From an uncultured Bacteroidales bacterium (GTDB lineage Bacteria; Bacteroidota; Bacteroidia; Bacteroidales; FEN-979): a stretch of DNA of 64,000 bases. A program made the translations under genes and the position numbers. Within the stretch, counting starts at the first letter, position 1. Every line of letters begins with the position of its first letter. The stretch spans positions 131,885 through 195,884 of the forward strand of contig CAVYJI010000008.1 in assembly GCA_963768805.1 (NCBI GenBank), in the 5' to 3' direction. Positions 57,830-64,000 of the stretch are shown here, in pieces. The notes under the pieces are model-generated. The model was not told where the DNA came from. It made no database searches and worked only from the letters and a program-made list of their open reading frames with translations.

Positions 57830-57837
57830 TACCTTTG
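57830..57837 (+). promoter_or_regulatory. Candidate -7 box (TACCTTTG)
   Basis: TAnnTTTG match about 80 nt upstream of the four-helix-bundle gene. It may also drive tRNA-Pro. Confidence 0.4.
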
Positions 57838-57916
57838 CGCACTCAAAGAGGTCATTGAAGCATGAATATCTTCTCTGGATCCGTAAAATGCGGACTTCAG
57901 AGAAAAATATCGATCT

Positions 57917-58267
57917 ATGTTTGATTTTGAGAAGTTAGATGTTTACCAGGCCGTGAAGGATCAGAACCTTAAGGTGATGAATATCCTTAAAATGAATAAG
58001 GAGATGGACCCTTACCTGATGGAACAGTGGAAGCGTGCAAGCCTGAATATTTTATTGAACCTTGCTGAAGGCACGGGAAGGATGACAGATACAGATAAAA
58101 TGCATTTTCTGACCATCGCAAGGACGAGCGTATTCGAATCAGTTGCAATACTTGACCTGCTAAAATCAATGAATGTAATTGACGAAACGACATTCCAGGA
58201 GCTTTATAACGGGTACGAGAAGAGCTCGAAGATGTTACTGGGGATGTACAGGAGCCATACAAAGTAA
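57917..58267 (+). CDS. Four-helix-bundle protein (23S rRNA intervening-sequence protein family)
   Basis: 116 aa. F.FEKLDVYQ.......V..I.........L..Q..RAS.SI.LN.AEG.GR....D...F..IAR.S..E. Confidence 0.8.
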   Translation: MFDFEKLDVYQAVKDQNLKVMNILKMNKEMDPYLMEQWKRASLNILLNLAEGTGRMTDTDKMHFLTIARTSVFESVAILDLLKSMNVIDETTFQELYNGYEKSSKMLLGMYRSHTK

Positions 58268-58352
58268 AATGTGAAGTGTAAAATGTAAACAGAAATTAAT
58301 AGAAGTTAAATAATAAGAACAAGGAAATAGAAAGACAGATAGAAACAAACTT

Positions 58353-58428
58353 CGGGGTATAGCGTAGCCCGGTTCATCGCGCCTGCTTTGGGAGCAGGAG
58401 GTCGCAGGTTCGAATCCTGCTACCCCGA
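58353..58428 (+). tRNA. tRNA-Pro (anticodon UGG)
   Basis: Acceptor CGGGGTA/TACCCCG with the C1-G72 pair typical of tRNA-Pro. Anticodon stem CCTGC/GCAGG with loop TTTGGGA. T arm GCAGG-TTCGAAT-CCTGC. Discriminator A. Confidence 0.9.
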
Positions 58429-58438
58429 CAACAAAAAA

Positions 58439-58465
58439 GCCTTGTGCTCAGCACAGGGCTTTTTT
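58439..58465 (+). terminator. Terminator after tRNA-Pro
   Basis: GCCTTGTGC-TCA-GCACAGGGC followed by T6. Confidence 0.75.
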
Positions 58466-58992
58466 AATTAAAGGAAATACAAGCTCGCTTGTATTTCCTT
58501 TAATTAAAAGACCTTCTCTCACGAAGTGAGGGAAGGCTTTTTTGTTGGATCCCCCACTGACCAGGATCGCCGAAGGCAATCCTGCTACATTAATTAAAAG
58601 ACCTTGTCTCACGAAGTGAGGGAAGGCTTTTTTGTTGGATCCCCCCCTGACCAGGATCGCCGAAGGCAATCCTGCTACATTAATTAAAAGACCTTGTCTC
58701 ACGAAGTGAGGGAAGGCTTTTTTGTTGGATCCCCCACTGACCAGGATCGCCGAAGGCAATCCTGGTTACAGCCACTTAAAAACAAAAAAGACCAGATGAG
58801 CGGAGCGAATCAAGGCTTTTTTGTTGGATCCCCCCCTGACCAGGATCGCCGAAGGCAATCCTGCCGCATTAATTACAAGCTCGCTTGTATTTCCTTTAAT
58901 TAAAAGACCTTCTCTCACGAAGTGAGGGAAGGCTTTTTTGTTGGATCCCCCCCCCTGACCAGGATCGCCGAAGGCAATCCTGCTACCCAGAC
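58466..58992 (+). repeat. Tandem array of 5 units (90-bp period for the first three). Each unit is a terminator-like hairpin plus a tRNA-Pro 3-prime-end mimic
   Basis: Unit: TAATTAAAAGACCTTSTCTCACGAAGTGAGGGAAGGCTTTTTTGTTGGATCCCCCNCTGACCAGGATCGCCGAAGGCAATCCTGCTACAT. Unit starts at 58501, 58591 and 58681. Two further variant units end at 58868 and 58992. Confidence 0.95.
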
Positions 58993-59489
58993 TTCCTTAA
59001 ACTGAATATTAAGTGGTTACAAAATTTTGAACCACATTTTGAACCAGATTGTAAAAACCTGTCAAATTTTGGCAGGTTTTTTTTTTGGTATTTGAGGATA
59101 TAGTTGATGTTAATTCCGCTTATCAGTAGAGGTATGCCGGATTTTACTAATTAGAATTGATATAAATAACGATATGCTCTTTTTGGTATATTTCCTTTAA
59201 CAATAGTAAATCCTTCGTTAAATATCACTAAAAGACCTATATATTAACAGCAGTTATTTTTCAAAAGAATCCGATGATTGATGTCATCAGGTAAAGATTA
59301 CCATTGATCATATGCTAATTTTTATTGATTTTATGGCTTAATTTCCCCGGTGGAGATGCTTATCAACATCCTTGCTTCTCTGATTCTTTCCTTTGCTTAT
59401 TTATTTCTAACACATAGATACAGGAGTTACGGATTTGATGAACTTGACAGAATTGAGTGACCCAATGAATCAATCTATTTGATAGTCAG

Positions 59490-60011
59490 CTATTCTCCAA
59501 TCGCTATTATTTTCGATATAAATACGATTTTGGTCGGCAATATGAAGCATTCGCTAATCCCAGTGATGTTGTTAATGTTCTCAAATTCAATTTTATCTAC
59601 ATAAATCATATTCTTCACATCATAAACTTTTGCATCTCCCTTTAGAAGGAGTTCCCAAACAATAGGAAAGAGAGCAATTTGATTTGGAGTTTGCACATTT
59701 AGGTTATTGTCTAAAAAGGTCGAATCCTTTTTGGGGGATGAAATGTTTTCAAGAAAGATTTTATTCTCTTCGAGAGTTATATTCTTTCGAACAAACGATT
59801 CAACCTCACTTCTTTCAAGGTAGATCTTTGCATGTTTATTGTAAACAATGATTTTGGAAGATTCTTCATTAGAATGCAATTGAATTATTTTCTGTCCATA
59901 TTCTTTGGATTTGTACTTTGAAGACACACAACTGCAAAAAGAAAGGCAAAAGAAGATTATATACAATAATTTGCAGTGCCTCAGAAAGAAAACTTTCTTA
60001 ATCTTTCTCAT
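59490..60011 (-). CDS. Hypothetical lipoprotein
   Basis: 173 aa, lipobox-like LSFCSC, AT-rich, no family recognised. Confidence 0.55.
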   Translation of the reverse strand: MRKIKKVFFLRHCKLLYIIFFCLSFCSCVSSKYKSKEYGQKIIQLHSNEESSKIIVYNKHAKIYLERSEVESFVRKNITLEENKIFLENISSPKKDSTFLDNNLNVQTPNQIALFPIVWELLLKGDAKVYDVKNMIYVDKIEFENINNITGISECFILPTKIVFISKIIAIGE

Positions 60012-60215
60012 ATTTTTAAATCATATGAAGATTTTGAACCTTCATTTTTAGTTATAACTTGTTATTATTCCATTCTCTCCCCCATAGAAACAGTGCGTTG
60101 AATAAGCATCATCTAACCAGCATCTTTCGCTATCCATAGCTACTGAACCACAATCTTGCAGTTATAAACCTTCGCCCCGCTGTGAACACTCAGAATGTAC
60201 GTTCCTTTGCTTTGA

Positions 60216-60701
60216 TTACTGACCCCACCCTGATGGTGGTTTAATATGGATTGGCTTTCTTTCCGGATATTTGTCAAGTTCTATTTTTAACTTGTTTAAA
60301 ATTCTTATTAATTCTTCATTGTCAGCAATGCAATCAACAAAATATTCTTTGTTGCTTGATGCTGATTTTGGTCTTAATTCAAGATCAAATTTAATTCTAA
60401 ACTTCTTCGGAGTCTGGTCATGATTGTCAAGTAACTTGAATGATAAATTTGGCTCAGTAAATCTTAGTTTAGAGAATTTAGGACAGTCGTTTTTTGAAAG
60501 CTTTTCAAACCAATTTATCAATTCTTGAAAGTCCCATGTTGTAAGAGATGAGTCAACAGTCTGCCAATGCCCAAGATTGCTTTTTACATTTAAATAAATA
60601 TTCAACCAATTTCCATCCCAGTCACCGTCTTTGTTGTCGGGATATTCGTAGTTAGTAATTCTCAACTCTACGGACTGGTTGTCTATACCATTAAATGTCA
60701 T
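60216..60701 (-). CDS. Hypothetical cytoplasmic protein, possibly a WapI-like polymorphic-toxin immunity protein
   Basis: 161 aa, no signal peptide. The N-terminal pattern VELRITNYEYPDNKDGDWDGNWLNIYLNV resembles what I recall of WapI-type immunity proteins. This is memory-based only. Confidence 0.4.
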   Translation of the reverse strand: MTFNGIDNQSVELRITNYEYPDNKDGDWDGNWLNIYLNVKSNLGHWQTVDSSLTTWDFQELINWFEKLSKNDCPKFSKLRFTEPNLSFKLLDNHDQTPKKFRIKFDLELRPKSASSNKEYFVDCIADNEELIRILNKLKIELDKYPERKPIHIKPPSGWGQ

Positions 60702-60868
60702 TTGTGGATGTCTTTATTTTCCAATAACCCTGTTCCTTCAGTTGCATTGCGGGTCTATCAGGATTCGTTTTTTCTGTTTGTTGCCATCAATTTTAATACC
60801 GACCACCTTTCTTGACCAACTTTCTCAAAATCGCTTGGTGTCGTCTTACTATTGGACGATGGGTTCTG

Positions 60869-61240
60869 CTATTTATATTTTTCCATCATCATCTGATACG
60901 TGCCAATCTGTAGCTTTGCCCTATTGATATTGTTTTGGATTGTTTGTATATCTCCTTGAAGATTTTGAATTTTTATGGATTGATTTTTTATCTGCTCTTC
61001 TCTTTCACTGTGCGTTCTTCCTAATTGCCACTCCATTATATGATCCAGTTGGTCTTTTGCAATTAATAGATCAGCTTTATGATCAATAATTTGATTTTGC
61101 CAAACTTTAATCGAATCGTTTACATGATTGATTGAATCCTGATATGAGTTTCGGATTAATAATTTCTCGGTTTGATTTGGACCACATGAAGTTAAAAGAC
61201 TAACTAAAAGAATAAGAACCAATGTGTTAAATGTTTTCAT
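60869..61240 (-). CDS. Hypothetical coiled-coil lipoprotein
   Basis: 123 aa, lipobox LLTSC, Q/I/N-rich heptads. Confidence 0.55.
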   Translation of the reverse strand: MKTFNTLVLILLVSLLTSCGPNQTEKLLIRNSYQDSINHVNDSIKVWQNQIIDHKADLLIAKDQLDHIMEWQLGRTHSEREEQIKNQSIKIQNLQGDIQTIQNNINRAKLQIGTYQMMMEKYK

Positions 61241-61378
61241 AGAGATAAATTTTGATTTATACTGCGTTAATATGTTTGTTCCAAATAATTTGTTTTAGAA
61301 GGCATAATTACAAATATCTCCCACCTTTCTTGACCAACTTGCCCAGCATTGCTGGTTGTCCGCATTAGATGCAGAGTA

Positions 61379-61799
61379 TTATTTGTAAAAATATTCGATA
61401 GATTTGTTTTCTCTTCTCGGATACCCTTTCACATTATATTCATAAGAATATTCCTTTATTTGCTTACCTTTATCGATATCATCATATAACCCATTCCTTC
61501 CGATTCCTTCCAGCTTCAACAATCTTCATATCACTGCTAGCAAAAGAAAGGTCTTCATAATAATCTGTTGATACCAATTGGTTTTTACTATTGTAGTTAT
61601 GCCTGATATACCGGTATTTACTTTTCTCTATACAAATTAAGTTATCATTATTATATGAGTACTCAAAAAACAATGCTGAATCAATAAATACCTGACTCAA
61701 TAAAGGAACATCAGAATTATTTTTGTGAACAGGTTCTGTTTTCCCGACTGTTATAAAAACAGTTAAGAGGATGTTGATTACTATCGATGCAAATATCAT
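61379..61799 (-). pseudogene. Small membrane/secreted protein gene disrupted by a 10-bp tandem duplication
   Basis: The ORF 61482-61799 stops right after the direct duplication ATTCCTTCCG/ATTCCTTCCA (61493-61512). Removing one copy fuses it to a 35-codon open frame ending at 61379 (..EAGRNGLYDDIDKGKQIKEYSYEYNVKGYPRRENKSIEYFYK*). Confidence 0.55.
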
Positions 61800-61842
61800 G
61801 GTAGTATGTGATTTAAATTGCTAGATAATCAAATGCTGTTAG

Positions 61843-62607
61843 CTAAAAACGACCAGCTTTCTTAACCAACTTTCTCCGTACTGTGGCTTCAGGTGCAGTA
61901 GGTAAAGGTTGCATAGCAGTTTTTATTTGTAGAACATAAATCTCTCCTGTATTGAACTTAAATCCGTCAACGCCTTCCACTGTCGAATAATATATGGTCG
62001 CAATGTAATTTGTTATTGGAGGTTGAAACTCAGCTCCTTTTAATTCATAAACATTATAAAATGTGGAGGAATCGATGGTAAATGAATTATGGTATCCGGT
62101 TACTGATCCTGTATCGGAATATAGTGTACCCGGATTATTAAATATTGAATCTCCTTGAATACAAAATATCCCTTCATATTTTTTTGAATAATTTTCATTT
62201 TCTACAAAAATTGTAAAATATTTCAGCACTTTATGACTTTGAAATGGATCGGAAAATTGAATGTCAAAAAACAGAGTCCCCAATGAATCATTAACAAATG
62301 AAACATTGTCGTCTTCACATTCATAATAGTTGCCCCGACATTTATCAAGTGGATTTATGTTTTCGAGAATAGGATCGAGGTCTGAGTACCTGCTTTGAAA
62401 AATAAAAACTAACGAATCACTATGTTTCTGAATAGACCTAAAACGTAATGTATCACTATGATAATAAGGTATAATATTTCGTTCAGAAGTGGAAAATTGA
62501 AATATGCCAAGAAGGTTATTATGACAAGAATCTTCATCATCATTTTTATTGCACGATTGACAAAGCAGTAGACTTAAAACGAAAATCAGTATCGAATGTC
62601 TTTTCAT
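61843..62607 (-). CDS. Hypothetical lipoprotein
   Basis: Start moved to MKRHSILIFVLSLLLCQSC. The last 12 codons (..RRKLVKKAGRF*) lie inside a motif repeated downstream of the two neighbouring genes. Confidence 0.55.
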   Translation of the reverse strand: MKRHSILIFVLSLLLCQSCNKNDDEDSCHNNLLGIFQFSTSERNIIPYYHSDTLRFRSIQKHSDSLVFIFQSRYSDLDPILENINPLDKCRGNYYECEDDNVSFVNDSLGTLFFDIQFSDPFQSHKVLKYFTIFVENENYSKKYEGIFCIQGDSIFNNPGTLYSDTGSVTGYHNSFTIDSSTFYNVYELKGAEFQPPITNYIATIYYSTVEGVDGFKFNTGEIYVLQIKTAMQPLPTAPEATVRRKLVKKAGRF

Positions 62608-63027
62608 AGTGCCAATAGTACGTTGATATAGAATTACTTTCATAATCGCAAACCATTCTCTTCCTCAAATTCCTTGATATACTTCGCTAACCCCTTTAAC
62701 TCCCAATTCATCACTTTCAGATCAAATAATGTCAGTTTGTCCGAAACTATTTTCAATAAAAATCGATACTAACAGAATGATAAAGAATTTTTTCATAGTA
62801 TGATGTTTTATGTGAAATTTGATTATCAGTCAATTGCGATCTTTAGCTGCTACATATCGAGTTTGATTCCATATCAAAATTATACAAATAAATCCATTAT
62901 CGTAAGAAAAAATATGATTTTGTTTTGGAGTGAAAATAGTTGATTATTATCGATGATTTCGGGTCAAACAGGTAAGATGCCATTAATTGTGAGATCGTGT
63001 CTTAGAACGATGGTAAATGGGAAAACT

Positions 63028-63120
63028 GGATAAGACGGATCATCTGACCACCCTCTGCCGATTTTTGTTGACCACAAAATCTTCTTAACAATCAACAAGG
63101 TGAGGTGGTCAGATTGCTCC
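63028..63120 (+). repeat. Diverged Element A-like copy
   Basis: GGATAAGACGGATCATCTGACCACCCTCTGCCGATTTTTGTTGACCAC keeps the left end and both half-sites. The right part has diverged. Confidence 0.45.
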
Positions 63121-63251
63121 CGCGAAGACTGGTCAAAGAGAGCGTTTTTTCCAGGGAACCATGAATCTGGATTTTATTAAGTTTTTCGTCAAATAAACAC
63201 TGGTCAAAGAGAGGGATCAGATTATTTTCTGCATATTTGTAAAAAAAAATT

Positions 63252-64000
63252 ATGAATAATTGGTCAAAGCTCTATAAACTGGCTGGTCTCATTAAGGAGT
63301 TAAAACCCTGGCGATATATGTATGAAAATGATATTACCGGCGTTCGGAATCCCTCTACAGGTACTATCGGGTTTATCAGTGTGATGGGAAATCTGGGTGA
63401 GCACTATTCGATCACAGTTTACCTGGGCGAGCGGGCACTTGGACAATATCTTGAACTTTCAGAGAACTATGAAAATGCTGTGCCGGAAATGGTGCTTGAA
63501 ATCCCGCAATTGATGCTCTCCTTCGAGGAAAAGGAATTCCTGGAGAAGGAGGATCGTGCAATTATGAGAGCGATCGGGTTCACCTATTCGGGCAAGGATC
63601 TGTGGCCTTTGTTCCGGAGCTACAGACCAGGGATGGTTCCCTGGTTTCTTGAGGAGGATGAGATTGTTAGCATGGGTTACTTTCTTGAGCAATTCCTGGA
63701 GACAGCAATAGATTCAAAGCCGGAAGACCGGGCAGCAGAAATGGATCCCGGCCGGAAAAATATTTATCTGGTAAGGGAATTAAAGGGAGATCCAAAAAAC
63801 CAGGAATGGAAGACGACCATGCAGAAAATAGTCATTCCTGCCCTTCAGGAGGTTTTGTACACCATTGCCCCCGGCCTGCTTGCTAGGACAAAGAAAACCC
63901 CAATCGGGAGAAATATCTATGAGATGGATTTTTTCCTGACTCCGGCCCAGGTAAGAGAAAAGAACAAACGCCCTTATTTCTCTTATCTGTTGCTGGTCGT
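63252..64000 (+). CDS. Conserved hypothetical protein, 3-prime partial at the window edge
   Basis: An open frame from the ATG at 63252 runs to the end of the window (249 codons, no stop): MNNWSKLYKLAGLIKELKPWRYMYENDITGVRNPSTGTIGFISVMGNLGEHYSITVYLGERALGQYL... It is absent from the ORF track because it has no stop. The track's antisense ORF 63459-63692 is spurious. Confidence 0.7.
   Translation, partial: MNNWSKLYKLAGLIKELKPWRYMYENDITGVRNPSTGTIGFISVMGNLGEHYSITVYLGERALGQYLELSENYENAVPEMVLEIPQLMLSFEEKEFLEKEDRAIMRAIGFTYSGKDLWPLFRSYRPGMVPWFLEEDEIVSMGYFLEQFLETAIDSKPEDRAAEMDPGRKNIYLVRELKGDPKNQEWKTTMQKIVIPALQEVLYTIAPGLLARTKKTPIGRNIYEMDFFLTPAQVREKNKRPYFSYLLLV

Noticed and set aside
58448-58903. ORFs 58448-58759 (-) and 58694-58903 (+).
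   Set aside because: They lie entirely inside the tRNA-Pro-adjacent tandem array, and their periodic peptides come from repeated DNA.
60814-63270. A shared TGGTCAA core in Element A half-sites (GGTGGTCAATC), the 26-bp motif (GTTGGTCAAGA) and the 63.1-kb boxes (CTGGTCAAAG) as evidence for one common binding protein.
   Set aside because: A 7-mer is expected several times by chance in 64 kb on two strands. The flanking bases differ between the families.

Overview
The window looks like a Bacteroidota chromosome. Evidence: TAnnTTTG -7 promoter boxes, T9SS C-terminal sorting domains, and FISUMP, DUF3857 and DUF2851 families. By eye it is a compositional mosaic. A GC-richer housekeeping core spans about 17.5-41.8 kb (RNase Y, candidate 6S RNA, ZapA, DUF2851, ComEA, rhomboid, S41 peptidase, DHOD-like, GT2, SucC, LolD, a 1585-aa repeat protein, CysK-like, metallophosphoesterase, fused LeuC/LeuD-like dehydratase, tRNA-Ser). 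A second core block spans about 50.2-58.4 kb (1469-aa adhesin, GT-C-like membrane protein, AsnA, tRNA-Pro). AT-richer accessory blocks lie at 1-17.4 kb, 41.9-50.1 kb and 59-63.2 kb. No CRISPR array, rRNA, transposase, integrase or recognisable multi-gene defence system is visible. The unusual content is mostly non-coding. (1) A ~125-bp MITE/REP-like element occurs at least 10 times and delimits nearly every operon in the first 17 kb, including a hipBA cassette flanked by ~265-bp composite direct repeats. (2) A second family of paired hairpins has invariant GC-TAAA-GC tops and compensatory stem changes. It is present as a 99-bp tandem array and as cargo of a 290-bp MITE with perfect 22-bp inverted ends and an 8-bp target duplication, nested inside a copy of family 1. 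(3) A ~530-bp array lies directly 3-prime of tRNA-Pro. Each unit pairs a terminator-like hairpin with a mimic of the tRNA 3-prime end. It is followed by an AT-rich islet of small same-strand lipoprotein or immunity-like genes and decayed fragments. (4) An 8.1-kb AT-rich segment next to tRNA-Ser is bounded by a 29-bp perfect direct repeat. Toxin-antitoxin modules (HigB-like, HipBA, DUF4160/DUF2442) cluster in the first 7.4 kb. All functional calls are from motif recognition by eye, and no database search was run.
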